Positions 24,301 to 36,900 of a stretch of 64,000 nt of DNA are shown here, in pieces (positions within the stretch are counted from its first letter, which is position 1; each line of letters opens with the position of its first letter). The notes beneath the pieces are model-generated. The model ran no database searches. It had not been told where the DNA came from and saw only the letters and a program-made list of their open reading frames with translations. The DNA lies in contig CM052845.1 of assembly GCA_028534125.1 (NCBI GenBank), positions 24,428,001 through 24,492,000 of the forward strand, read 5' to 3'. A program made the translations under genes and the position numbers. Source of the DNA: Lama glama. Its lineage: Eukaryota.

Positions 24301-27300
24301 GCTGGCCGAGGGCTTGCTGCGTCTCCGGAGCTGCAGAGAAAGCGAGCCGCTCGTCGCAGGCCTGGGTGGCTCCCAGCTGGCTTCTGCCCCATGCACGGTC
24401 ACAGGTGAAATTCAGAGTTGGTAGGGCAGTGGCCAGGCCATTTCAGGCAATTTCGGACAAGGACCGGCTTCCACCCCGTTGCACCCTCACACGGGGCGGC
24501 AAAGCGCAGCAGGATGACGACACGTGAAGAAGGGCCGTGCGTGTGAGTGTCAGCACACTGAGCCCGGACTCCGTCAGAAAACGAGGCTGGGTTGACCCAA
24601 GCTTCCCCGAGCGCTGCGGGCTGGTGGCAAGACGGTGAGCTCTTCCTCCTGAGAGAACAGGTGACGGGCAGCCCCACAACCGGCGCCTCCGACTGACAGG
24701 AGGTGGACACGTCTTCCCTTCACCTTCTAAGCGGCACCACCAGATGTGTGGCCAGTGGCTGGGGGCGCCTGGCCTGTCCTCCCACGCCCGTGGCACCCAG
24801 CGTCCCTCCTCTGGCAAAGGGCCGCATAAGGTCGTTAGCGTAGGTCTCCGTGCTCCGAGTCCTGGGACCCAGGCTCTCCTGGGAGATGTCACGGTGTTCG
24901 AACAACCTGCTGCCTGCTCTTCTCACCAGTTCCCAGGGCTGCATGGTGACGCCTCCGGCGAGGTGGACCCGGTCACGGGGAGGGGCTGGCAGACAGAGCA
25001 GCCGGGGTAACACAGCTGCCTGGCTACTCCGTCAGGCAAGTGAGGGCCGCCCCCCCCCCGAAGGTCAGCCGGCTAGAGGAAGGGCTTTCACGTAAACGAG
25101 AAAGCGCAACTCCCCAGCCAACCAGAGCTGGCTCCTCACACAGGGCACGTGAAGCGACCAAGGGAAGGTACGGCAGACCCACCCCCGGCACCTGCCATGA
25201 ACTCCCACCTGCCCTCCTACAGCGCTGCCTCGCCCCGCACGCTTTCTGGGCCCCCGACAGGACCGCTCTGCAGGGCACTCAATGCCGACCGCCTGCCAGA
25301 CATGCTCTGACAGCTCGGAACACCGGCGCTCGGGGCCAGGGTGGCGCTCACGTCCGCGCGTGGTGCTCGCATCCCCTTCCGTCCCTGAACAACACCTTCG
25401 CTCGCCCCACCTTGGGATTCCAGGCAGAACACACATCTCTGCTCCCGTAGAAACCGGCCCCTCCCCCTGGACTCCTGCTCCCGCCAACGCCCCCTGCAGT
25501 CCTCTGCCCCAAACACTCTCGCCCCGAGACCTTCCATGTGGTCCCACCGCCCAACCCTGAAGCTCTGAGTCACAGGCCGGGACGCTTCTGGGCGCATCTC
25601 TCGCGGCTTCCAGGAGGAACCCTCCCACCAGCGGGGCCGCTCACCGCCCCCAGACATCCCGCCCCAACGGCCCCTCCTGCTCTTGGGACGTCTTCCCGTC
25701 GCCTGAAGATCTCCCCACCCGTCTTCCCAGGTTGAGTCTGCACTGGTCCCTGGGCTGCGTCAGTTAACCCCAGCCTGGAGCAGCCGGCCCCCTGCACCCT
25801 CTCAGAAGTCTTCGTGCCCGTCCCCCCCCGGGGGGCCCCCGGGCCTGCACGCTGGTCATCTGCCAGGGCGGGGACGTTAGCTTGCAGTTCCTCACGTCTC
25901 CCTGCGCCCCGCACTGTGTTTACACTTGTTACACAGCTCAGTCTGGGGACTGAGAGATTCGAACAACAGCTTTACACAGAGGTCGGGGCTGGGGTCCACC
26001 TTCTGTGTTCTGGGGCAGACCCCTCGGCCAAGCGCCACGCCCCGCTCTCGGAGTCAGCCTGGGAGCCTGGGATGCGGCCAGTGGTTGACACGTGGTGGAA
26101 GGGTGGGCTGGACGGCGGTCAAAGGGCAGAACCATCCTCCTGGCTGGGCAGGCCAGGCCCGAGGCGCGCGGAGCCCTCGCAGGGGGGCCGCGAGGTCCAG
26201 ACAGCAGCACTTGCGAGCTGTGGCGCCGGACACGGAGGTCTCAGGAGGGGCTGCGGGGCTGCGCAGGGCGCCCGGAAACAAGCTCCAGACTCAGAGGCCA
26301 CATCAGGTTCATTCTGAGCCTCCACAGAACTGGGTTCGTTTTCTCCAGCAAAAGGGGCAGCAAGAAAGAAACACAGAGGTCTTTTAACACAGACGAAAAG
26401 AAACCCGTGCGGGCCTGGTGCAGAGGATGGACGTGGGGGGAACTGCGTTCTCTGTGTCTCCTGCGGACGCCCCATAAACGGCATGCATCAGCCGGTCGTC
26501 CCTGAGGCTACTGCTCACGGCAGGGGTTCCCGCAGACCGGCCTGGCTTGTGACCCGCTGCCCCTCTGCTGGTGTTGGGAGAGCGGCTCCTCGAAGCAGAG
26601 CCCCGCACAGGGCACCTGGAGCCCTGTCACGTCTGGGGACAGCTCTGTTCATGTCAGGCGGTGCCACGGGCACGTCTGCACACACGAAGGCTTGCCTTCC
26701 TTGTTCCCAGCCCTGCGGGGGACCCGGGGCTGCGGGCCAGGCAGGGGGTTGGTTCCTGGTTCAACCCACTGACATGCAAAATGACTCTGCAGAACACGCC
26801 TCCTGGGCTTTATCTGGACTCTCAGCCAGAGGAAGCGGGGGCTGAGAAACTGCCTGTCACATCAGCTCTATTTTAGAAACAGAGGAGGAATATTTCTTCA
26901 AACATGTGCTGTGTCTCTCATGTGAACTCCAGGTAAGAAATGTCTTTAACCCGAGAATCAATCTTCTGAAGAGCTGGCCAGCTCTCTGGGGTAAGTGACC
27001 ACAAACACCTCATGACCGGGCACGGCTCCTCTTTAGTGCCCTGGCGGCCTGGATGCTCAGGATCTAACTTATTCCAGGTCACGGGAACCACATCACGTGT
27101 CTGTTTTCACAAGTCTGCACTTGAAATGCTACCGCAATGAATTCTGATCGGGCGCCTTCACTAACAGAAACCTAAGCCAGAGGGTACGCTATTCCAACAT
27201 CTGGAAGAAGCAGACCTGCGGACACTCTGTCCCCACGTCCTCGTATTTCATCGCTAGCTAGAGACACTGAGTCTCAAAGCAGGTCTGCCGTTACGACCAC

Positions 27301-28329
27301 GTTACAGCTAAAGGGAGGAGGCTGAGAGCAAACGACCTTCTGTCTCCAGAATCCACTGCCGAAGACGCCCACAGCTAATAGGCCCTGTCAGCCATGAAGA
27401 ATAAACAGATTTATTAGTTTACTCAGCTGGAAAATGCTGCTGGGAGCTGCTGGTGGTCACCTGACCAGGAATTTAATTCATATTTCCTGTCACCATAGAG
27501 CCAACACGGGCTGCGATGTGGCCATTCAAATGCCCAGACGTTTCCATGAGCGTACGGAGAGAGACCCTGAAGCCAGGGTGAGGGTGGCGGGACCGCGTCA
27601 CGGCGGGCAGTGGGGCAGAGGCGAGACCCAGCCAACCGCTGGACAGCTGTGCCCCCTTAAACACAAGACCAAAGATGGACAGTGTGTCTTCCCAGACTGG
27701 GAGCGCCCTCCCTTTCTGGGTCACCACCTCGCTCCTCTCTGCGAGGCGGTCAGCCCACCCTCCGAACCCTGGCCCGCGGGCCGCTGCGCGTCCACGCCCG
27801 ATGCTGCCCCATGAGCGCCCTCCGCGCGACCCGAGGGTTGCCATCCGTGTAGCTTTCCCGTTCTAGAGCTCTCACACAGGCGGCCAGGCCAGCACTGGTG
27901 TTCACGACGTTCCCATGTTTGAGAACTTTAATACTTTGTTCCCTGCGTTACTCAAAGTACTTCATTATTTTTTTTCAATAAAACAGCCTGCTTCCTGGTT
28001 GCGGACCTGGTGACCTCCACGCCGGGACAAGTCTCAACTGGCTGAAACGTAGGAAGGCGTGCCCCCTGCTCCTTTCAACACGTGTGCACACGGCCCGTGT
28101 GCTGGCTGACGCGCTTCTAGGTGTTCTCCGCGTACGCGCGGCGCTCGGATTCACGTTTCCCGGACGTAAGATCACACCACGCTTGCCATTTCTTCAGCCC
28201 AGCTAACATGCTGTCACAGACACAGTTTCTGACTGACTGACATCTTCCAGACACACGCTCCCCACGTACACGGGTCCCCATGGCCTCAGCTGCCGGCTGA
28301 GCCCTCTGTGTCGGATGTGCTGCAGTCAC

Positions 28330-29100
28330 TCGAACCCGTCCTCTTTGACGGAACATTCACCACCACTTCCGGTTTCCTGCTGCAACAAAAGTAAGCCATG
28401 TATATTTCAGCAGCTACATCCATGTGTCTTCGGCCTTTTTCAAGATTCCATAAACACCGAGTTACGGCTTTTTCCGTGTGTTTTACTGCTCCACGTGCTG
28501 AGGCCCGGGGGGGAAGGAGGTGTCGACATTTCACATTCCCTTAACGTGAACCTGCAGGAGTGGAATTCCCATCTCAAGGGCTGCGCACACTGAGAGAAAC
28601 GTTTAGCGTGTGTGCATCAGTCACTCACTTAGCACACACGCTGAACGTGAGTGACAGCCCGTGTGCCTTGTCTGTCCTGCTTTGCCGCGTTGGCTGTTAC
28701 CAACTTCCGCCAGCTTGATAGGGAGACACTGGGCACTCACGGGCAGGAGGCAGTGCCTTCTGACGGCAGGCACTCACGTTCTGGGCGTCTCTCCTGTTTC
28801 CCCTGTGCATCTTTGCACTGTATCCTGTGAAGCTTCTCCGTGTGTTAACAGTTTTAGCTCTTTGTCAGTATCTTCTAGTGATTCCTCTACTTTCAATTTG
28901 CCTTTTAAGTCTAATTTTGATTCAAAAAATCTTTATTATTGTTTCATGAAATCAAATATAACAGCTTTTGCATGGCACTGTCTCTTTCTTGGAATCATGC
29001 TCAAACCGTCCTAACCAACTCCAGGATGATACAGATGGTCCCCAAATTACTCTCGTCAGTTCTTACGATTTTAACTTGCTTACATTTAAACCTTGAGCCC
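28330..29100 (-). mobile_element. Old L1 (L1ME-like) ORF2/3' fragment
   Basis: Antisense L1 motifs: gagtggaattcccatctcaaggg, tgaaatcaaatata, ttcttggaatcatgctc...ccaactccaggatgata, cttacatttaaaccttgagcc. T-rich. Confidence 0.6.
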
Positions 29101-29989
29101 CTCCCCCGGGATCTGCATTAAGACGCCAGGCAAGAATCCAAAGCTGCTTTTTTCCAAGCAGCCGCCCTTTGTCCCACGTGGTGGGGCAGGTGACGAGAAC
29201 TCAAAGTGGCTGCAGGACATGAAAGGCTGAGGGTGCCACCCCAGGTCCCCGGGACACAGCTGCCTCGGGGCCCTCCCACTGCAGGGTGGGTCAGAGCTCC
29301 CAGCCCCCCATCCACGCTCATCCTCACGCGCACGAACCTGGTGACACGGGAGAGGTCTGGACGTTCTCAGAGGAAAGGCTTGTCTGTAACACGCCTTCTG
29401 TGCGGCAGGTTACCGTTGGCACCTGTCGGGATGACTTTCACGCGCTGAGTTGTGCTGTCAAAGATGGCGGCTGAGTTCAGCTCAGGGATGGTAACGGGAG
29501 GGTTCTCGGGGGTACCTGTCAGCTCCATCCCATAATCCCTGCAGAGGTGGCAGCCCCGTCACCCAGGTGCAGGCACTTTCAACACGGGAAGCCACAACGC
29601 TGGAAACGCCCCGGCCATGCCCGACGCCCAGCTTTGCAAACTCTCGGCTGGCGGAAACGTCGGGAGACCCTCGTGGATCCCCGAACTCTTCCTACAGAAG
29701 TGTTTGCGTCCACGTTCATTTACAAGAATTCCCTGAACTGCTGCGGCAACCCTGCCTGGCAGGACCCGGACGTCAGGCGGAAGGAAGGAGGCACTCACCT
29801 CCGTGGATGTCAGTGCTGGATGGAGCTGTGCTCAGCAGGGGCCCCCAGACGGGAGTCTGTCCTGGAGGAAGGCGGGCATCACCGACAGGGGTCAAGAGGG
29901 AGGGCTCCCAGGGCCACGAGTCGGCATTAGGTGCCCCTCACCCACTCTGCACCCCCGCCTCTTTTCAGTGCTGTGCCTCCCTGTCCCTA

Positions 29990-30152
29990 ACAAGAAACTC
30001 TTTTCTCCATCTGTGTCTCTCCAGGACCTGGTGGACCCTGGTTAATAGCAGTCACAGTGGTTCCTATTATCCTAAGAAAACAAGATGAAGAAAAGCCACG
30101 CACGGGCTCCATCAGTGGCTGGTTGAACGAACAAATGGACGGACGAGTTAAT
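29990..30152 (+). mobile_element. L2 3' terminus with degraded (TGAA)n tail
   Basis: catctgtgtctctccagg...ggctccatcagtggctggttgaacgaacaaatggacggacg. Confidence 0.45.
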
Positions 30153-30179
30153 GAGAAAGTGGTGGAGGAGAGAAGGGGA

Positions 30180-30275
30180 CAGGCTGCCTGGGTCTGAGTC
30201 CTGGTGACACATTTTAACTCCTCTGTCAGTCTCTCCACCTCAGTCTCTCCACCTTTCTGATCAGGAATAACCAGA
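30180..30275 (+). mobile_element. MIR SINE fragment
   Basis: ctgcctgggtctgagtcctgg...ctctccacctcagtctctccacct...ggaataac. Confidence 0.5.
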
Positions 30276-33200
30276 GCGACTGCGTGAGTCAGTGAACTTG
30301 CTCCGGGCACCCGGTAAGAGCCCGCAAATGCCAGCAGACGTGGGGTCGAGACGCCGGGATGCAAGTCACGTGACGCAGGGTGAGGGCCGGGAAGGACCCC
30401 GCTGGTGGTGCCTCAACTCAGGCAACAAGAGCCTCGCCTCAGAACTCAAGCGTCACACTTCCTGGTCACGCAGCTATTGAAATTACACACTTTTGGTAAA
30501 GAAATTGACTTTCTTTTTCATTTGAATTCAAATATGTAGTAACCCAAAGCACAGGCACAGCCCGGGAGAGCAGACACCTCGGTGGGCCCTCCGGAAGGAC
30601 GTGTCCTGCACGGTGCTGAGCCTCCGGAGCGGAGCGGCGGGTGCTGGAGGTCGGAGCGCGGCTTCCTAATGCAGCAGCACCACACTGAGCCAGCGGCCGA
30701 CTCCTTGGAGGGCAGAGTCAGAGTTCAAAGTGACCGGGGGAGGAGGAGACGTGAGGGGCGCACGTCCCACGGAGGTCTTGCTGGTGTGGACCACCACCCA
30801 CGCCACCAGTCCCCTGCGCCATCCCAGCTGCATCTCCTGTCGGTCAGCGGCCCGAGAAGTGCATTGTAAAGAGCGTCTCTTCCCAGGAAGGCTCCTCGTG
30901 GTACTGGTCCTACTTTGTGCAGCGAGAGCCAGGTCCTGAAGTGGTCAGTCCCCCTTCCCAGGGATTTCTTCCGCCAGCCTGCGGGCAGCCTGGTGGCCAC
31001 GTGGAAGGGCTCATGGATGGAAGGTGCTCTCCGCACGTCCTGGCTGATTCTACTTGGAGGAGCTGCAGCACCAGAGAGCTGCAGATGGTGTGAGAGGGAG
31101 GGCCCCGGAGCCCGCTGATCCGCGTGGTCGGCCACACGCTGAAGGTCCTCGCGACAGCAACAGCCCCGCAATGCTGGGCCTCCTGGGCTGTCTCAGGGTT
31201 GCGACATTACCCAGATTCCCTTTACGGTGATGCGCATCTTATTTGAGAATCACTGACGCCAGATTTGGGAGGTCTGATTCCATTCTGATGTCCATTGAGG
31301 TGACGTTGAGAATCTTCTCAAGGAGGCTCACAGAGGTGAGGAAATGGCCCTGGTGGCCACATCGGGCTCAGACCCCTGTGCAGAAAACACGTACGTGCCC
31401 TGAGGACACAGCCCCGACTTAGTGCCTCGCACACGGAGCCGCTCGGCCAAGTGGTATCAGACCACTGAGCTGTTAAATCAGGTGACCGAGCATTCTGCAG
31501 TGATGTGGACAATCTAATCACTGCGTTCGCAACATAATGCCCTGACGACACAGAGGGAAGCCGACGCAGGTACACAAGATGAATAACTACAGAAGCACAA
31601 GCACTCGGCGATAAACTCCAACTTCCAACGTCTCACGTCCAAATCGATGCAAACCTCCCCGCACGAATGACAGGATGGTAAGAAGGTTAATTTTCAGAGA
31701 TGTCGTTAAGCACAGCGGGACAAATCCTCCCCACATGCTGTTAACAAGTAAACTGGCGCAAACAGAAAGATCCAAAGTTCCTGCTGTTTTCCAAGTGACT
31801 CTTGTAACCTTTTGCTCAATTATCCCAAAAAGGACGAAAAATAAGCAGTGGCCCAGGACACGGGCCGACCTTCCTTGGAGGGAAACGGCGGCACCACCTC
31901 AGCTATTAACGTGTGCGTCTGGGGAGGCAGCAGGGCGTCCTGGGGTCTCCAGCGACGTGGCGGCTCGGGGAGGCAGCTCAGCCAGGGCACAGGGTCTCCA
32001 CAAACATGCCCAGCCCCCCCCAGGCCTCAGGTGCCTTTGACCCTCACCCGCGCGCACGGCGATTTGCCTGCTGTTTAAAACAGCCTTTGTGCCCGTTATC
32101 TACGTGAGACTGATGTGGGGGAGTCAGCGCTGTGAGTCGGCTCCTTGAAGGAGGTGTCGTCTGCAGAGAAGGCGTGTGGAAGGCAAGCCGGGGAGCTGGA
32201 TAAACTGACTGAATGGCTCAAACAGAAGGAATGTAAGTACCGAAGCAACCGAGCCCAGTTTCCTCCTTAGAGGCTCCAAGGTCCACCACGTCCACGGTCA
32301 CACACACTGTCGGGGTCACTCCCTGCGGCTCAGAGTCCCCGACCTCCAGCGGGAGAGATGCGGACAGGCACAAATGGCACGTCGTACACTTAACGTGTGA
32401 ACCACACTATTACTCTGCACGCACTACGATTTACTGTACTGGGTAACCCCACGCTCCTTTCACAGAAACATGCGATAGCACACTCAGAATACTGCGGATG
32501 GGTGTTTAAATTTAATTGCTAAGTTCCATGCTGAGGAAAGGAACACCCGTTAAGAAATTCTTGCATGGGTGTAATTTCCAGTCTGCTTGGTTCCAACTCT
32601 GTTCACTTGGGAAAATGCATCGCCTCCAAGGAACACACTCAGGTCCACATGCTGCGGCTCGTCCTCCCCTGCCCTCCCTGTCTTTGCTCCAAGAGCTCAG
32701 ACAGCTCGCTGTGAAGCGGACAGCTCTGGGTCTGCACAGGGCAGTTCACCACGCCACAGGCCTTCTCTGTGCTCTTCGACGAGCTCCCGGAGTGTTGTGG
32801 GCAGAGGCCTGGGAGGTCCCAGATGCCCCGGGATGCACAGAACGGCCTCGCAGCAAAGGAGGCTGCGGCGCTTACCTCAATGCAGTGCTTCCTGAGGAAC
32901 TGTTCACGCCCTGAGGCGGAGGAGCAGGGGTGGGCGTCTGCTCACCTGTAGAGTCGGCACCCTGGGGACCGCCAGTCGAGGGCTTTCCCACGGCTCCCTC
33001 CGCCCAGAGTTTCTCTCCAGAAGGTTCCTCGTCAACACTGAAACACTTTTTCCCATGTGTGAAACAGTTCCCATCACTCTGCTGCTTGACATCCAGCCCC
33101 CTGCTCCCTGCTCACGGCTCAGGCGGGCCTGCAAGCTGCGGTCCAGTCTGGCAGCAGGAGCGTCTGCTGGGCACTGCGGGACGTGCCGACTCTCAGCCGG

Positions 33201-33627
33201 GAGGCGCAGGTGGGACCGGCAGCGTGCAGCGTAACCAGGACCTCGCTGACCCCGGTGCTCACTGGGCTGAGAACCACTGGCCCGAGGCGAGGTCTGCATG
33301 GCTGGTCACCTGCTGCTCCCTGCAGTCTCTTCCCCCATCACCTGTTGCCATTCCTTTGCCACCGGAGGTCCCCAAACAGACCATGATGTCTCTCTCCTCG
33401 AAGCCTTGCTGCACGCTGTTCTCTCCGTCTGAAACACTTTGTTTTGCTCCTTAGGGAGCCCCCACCGTTACTGAAAGGGACATCCCACCACCCCACAAAA
33501 GGCTGCTCTTTCTTCTGATTTCTTCCGTTTTACCCTGGTTTTATGTTCTGAAGTGAAGGCATACAAAACCGCATAAAGTCAAAACGACGTTTGTAAATCC
33601 TGTTCTCGACACAGTTTCCCTACAGCT

Positions 33628-33734
33628 TAGACGGGTACGTAGACACGTAGGTACATACGCAGAGATCTAGACACAGACACAGACGCGAGAGAGGCAGGGC
33701 CGAGACGGACGGACGGACAGACGGAGACGCACAC
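33628..33734 (+). repeat. Degenerate GATA/GACA-type microsatellite, now (GACACA)n/(GACG)n
   Basis: tagacacgtag...tagacacagacacagacg...gacggacggacggacagacg. Confidence 0.6.
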
Positions 33735-33989
33735 AAACTCTGCGGGAGTCCTGCTCCCCGGTCTGGGTCCGGGAAGGGAGGAGGCGGGAACGGGTGGAGG
33801 GGAGGGAGGGTGACGATTTGAATGCATGCCATTTAATCCAGCGGCTTTTCTGATTCAGCGGCTTATATTTATTCATGATCTTTGAACAAAAATTATTTCA
33901 AAAATGCCACTCATCTGAAGTATTAAGGAAACCAACCGCAAGGAGCCCTGTTGGATGGTTACTGTAATGCTCTTAATTAGGAAATGAGG

Positions 33990-35100
33990 CCTCACTGCGC
34001 GCAGCTTGCAGAGTCCTCATGCGGGCGGGAGGCGGGGGGGGGGCCTGGCTGCAGGCGGGCGGTCCTCGAGGTCAGGCACCTGCCACCCGGGCGCCCCCGC
34101 CCCACCTCCGACGTCTCAGAGCCCCGCCCTTGGGGAATCTCAGAGCCCCGCCCCTGGGGATCTCAGAGCCCCGCCCTGGGGAATCTCGGAGCCCCGCCCT
34201 GGGGATCTCGGAGCCCCGCCCCTGGGGAATCTCAGAGCCCCGCCCCTGGGGAATCTCAGAGCCCCGCCCCTGGGGAATCTCAGAGCCCCGCCCCTGGGGC
34301 CTCAGAGCCCCGCCCCGGCGCCCCCGCCCCACCCCCGGCGTCTCGGAGCCCCGCCTGCCGGTTCGAGAGGCTGCTTGATCAGGTTTGCTTGTTTGAAACG
34401 CCGAGTCTCCGCTTGTGAGAAGTTCTCTCCTGCTCTGCCTGCCTCCTCTTTCCGAGGAAGGCGATACAGTCAAGAGAACACTCCCGCTAAGCTGTGATTC
34501 TCGGGCCCAGCGTCGCGCCCAGAGTGTGGAAATGCCGAGCGGTATCACGCGCGTCTCACGGGGCGGGTGTGGCAGCCACACGGCCCGGAGCAAAGCGCTC
34601 GCGCCCCAGGAAGAGTCGGTATTCCCCTCTCCTTCCCGAGCCGGCAAGGACAAAGCTGAACACTCCCGCCCCGATTCCAGCCTTTCCGCGCCGGGCCCTG
34701 AGATGCCCTGTTAGCAGTGATTCATTCGCCTCAAATTTCAACGTCCAGTTTCATTACCATCAAATCTGAGAACACACAAAAGATCTTTAAATTCCTCCTT
34801 TTGCAACCACGCCACGGGGCGTGAGAGAGACACAGAGTTCAGCCGAAGAGATTTCCAATTACGGAAGCCACAGGCGCGCGCTGAGCGCCAACCCCACGGA
34901 GGCCAGCGCCGGCGGGGGCTGACCGGGGGCTGACCGCGGCCTGGACCGTCCTGCCCGCCTTGTCTGCTTCTCTTGTCCCAGGTCCAGCAAACGCCCTGGC
35001 TTCTGTCAGGCCGACCAGGTGCACCTCTGGTTGTAAACTGGGGGCTGGGACCCAACCCGCATTTAGGGTCCAGGACAGGAAGTTAACGCGGAACCGCGCA
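33990..35100. promoter_or_regulatory. CpG-island-like regulatory segment
   Basis: Dense CpG/GCGC runs and many GC boxes. Flanked by AT-rich unique sequence (33820-33985, 34710-34800). G-quadruplex-compatible G runs at about 33770-33810. Confidence 0.6.
34114..34316 (+). repeat. Minisatellite/VNTR, 8 full plus 1 partial unit of 22-24 bp (TCTCAGAGCCCCGCCCCTGGGGAA)
   Basis: Units start at 34114, 34138, 34161, 34184, 34206, 34230, 34254, 34278 and 34300, with a further degenerate copy at 34341. Confidence 0.97.
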
Positions 35101-35164
35101 CATCAGCTCGTTCGAGGTTTACTGCAGGAAAGAATCTTACTTTCATGCTGTTCAAGGTCGAGCT

Positions 35165-35320
35165 AAAGGCTGCCTGTTAGGTGCGGTGGTGCTGCTGGGT
35201 GCAGGGCAGAGAGCAAAAGGAAAAAGGACCTTTCCCTCCCCCAAGCAGCTGACACGTGTAGCAGGGAGAAGAAGTGCCAATCAAGCAGTCAGAGCAGTGA
35301 AAGCAGACCGGAGACAGGCC
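35165..35320 (-). mobile_element. L2 3'-end fragment
   Basis: gtgctgctgggtgcagggcagagagcaaaagg...ttccctccccaagcagctgacacgtgtagcaggg follows the antisense L2 end. Confidence 0.45.
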
Positions 35321-36649
35321 GATGTGCTTCAGGTGGTTCCTGCAGTGACAGTCCTGACAGAAGCAGCTACACCAGAAAGCTCGCTCCCAGCACCGGAGAG
35401 CAGATCGGAGGGAGGGAGGCCGACAGTGGGGCGGGTGGCCTCACCGGCCGGCTGGGGACGGAGCACGTTAGCTGGGTCCCGTCCCCCCACATGGCCGCTC
35501 CCCGAGTTCCTTCTACCTCCAGCTACCGGAGGACGGCAAAGGACAGTTGCCCTGGGTTTTTTCTTTTTTTTGATTTATTTCTTACCTTTTTCATTTGAAG
35601 CAAAGTGAACAGAAGTAAATACAGGGCTGACGACTTGCGTGAAGACAGTTCGACGTTAACAGGAGGTAAAGGAAAAGCAGGACCCCCGCCCAATCTGCTT
35701 GCGTTTTCCGTCTCAAGTTTGTAACAGTGAAAAAGGCGCCATCTACCGTGAGCCCTGGAGGCCCAGGTGGGTGAAGTGGGTGGGGAGGGAGCTGGGAGGA
35801 CCCACCCACCCAGCAGGAGTGCTGGCGGGGCTGGGCCGCACCCCGAGGTCCATCAGACCCGCTGGCTAAAGGCCGCGGCCATCTCCTTGGACGGGAAACC
35901 GCGCTCACCGTCCACCACCGAGCTGCTGCAGGGCGGTCGGTGCCCAGAACCCGGGTGAAGTGCTAGGGGAAGGTGTCCGGAAGAACTTTCACCCACCAGA
36001 GGCGTCCAGTAGCGGTGCAGACGGCTGCCCAAGGGCTCTGCTAACCACCCTGGCACCGGCCAGCGGCGGGACCACCTTTGGAAAGCACGCTGCCGAGCTG
36101 GCAAATCCCAGGGGCCCTGGATGGACACAGTGTGGCAACCCCTCCCTCCCAAGAGTTCAGTTCTTCCGTTGGTTTGGGGTCCCAGAGAGAATCCAGAAAA
36201 ACAGGCTTAGACTTCAGCTCCCGGAGAGAAGCTTCCGAGCTGACTTACTCTGCATCACGTTACTCAGCGAGCACCACCCCTCACTCCTCGGAGAAACTCT
36301 TTCTCAAAATGTGATTTGCAGCTAGAAAATCCCACTGGTGATCGGGTTCCGAGGTCAGGTTAGCGTGGGGGGATTGCCGCACACTTATTTTTTCTAGAAC
36401 ATCTCTCAAAAACTCACTCAGTGCAGGCCTCATTATTTGTTCTTCTGGGAAAACGCACAGCAGGAACACCTTAGAGAACGTGCGCCGCGGGGGTGGGCTT
36501 CTGTCTTCAGCCCCGGCGCCCTGGGACCACCTCTCTGACTGCTTCTCATGTCATCCTCGTCCACATGCCGGGCACACACATGCACACGCTGAGCACACAC
36601 TGTGAGGTTTCCTGCTCAGAGTCCCTGCTCCTGTGTAGTCCTCCACCTG

Positions 36650-36900
36650 GAGATGTTTCCCCGACATCTCTACCCTTTTCACTGGCCCACCTCCCCCAGA
36701 AAGCCTTCCCTGGTTGCCCCTCCTTGAGGTTCCTCAGTGTCCCCTCTCTGAACCTCCAGAACCCTGTGGGCAGACTTCCATCAGGACACGCCCTTGCAGG
36801 AGTCCAGGACCAGCCACTTGGCCTGTGGCCCCCACTGGACTATGGATTCCCTGACGCCAGGACCCAGGTCTCATTGCTCTCTCTCCAGTCCTTGGCACTG
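36650..36900 (+). mobile_element. L2 3'-end fragment
   Basis: acctcccccagaaagccttccctg...cccactggactatggattccctgacgccaggacccaggtctcattgctctct. Confidence 0.65.

Noticed and set aside
34114-34316. Repeat array as CRISPR or as a repetitive protein (ESQSPAPG / ISEPRPWG)
   Set aside because: Head-to-tail units without unique spacers, no cas genes and a mammalian context. Unit-length variation shifts the frame.
35581-35600. Minus-strand ATGAAAAAG|GTAAGA (MKK) first-exon end
   Set aside because: Weak Kozak context (C at -3) and no other support. Such donors arise by chance.
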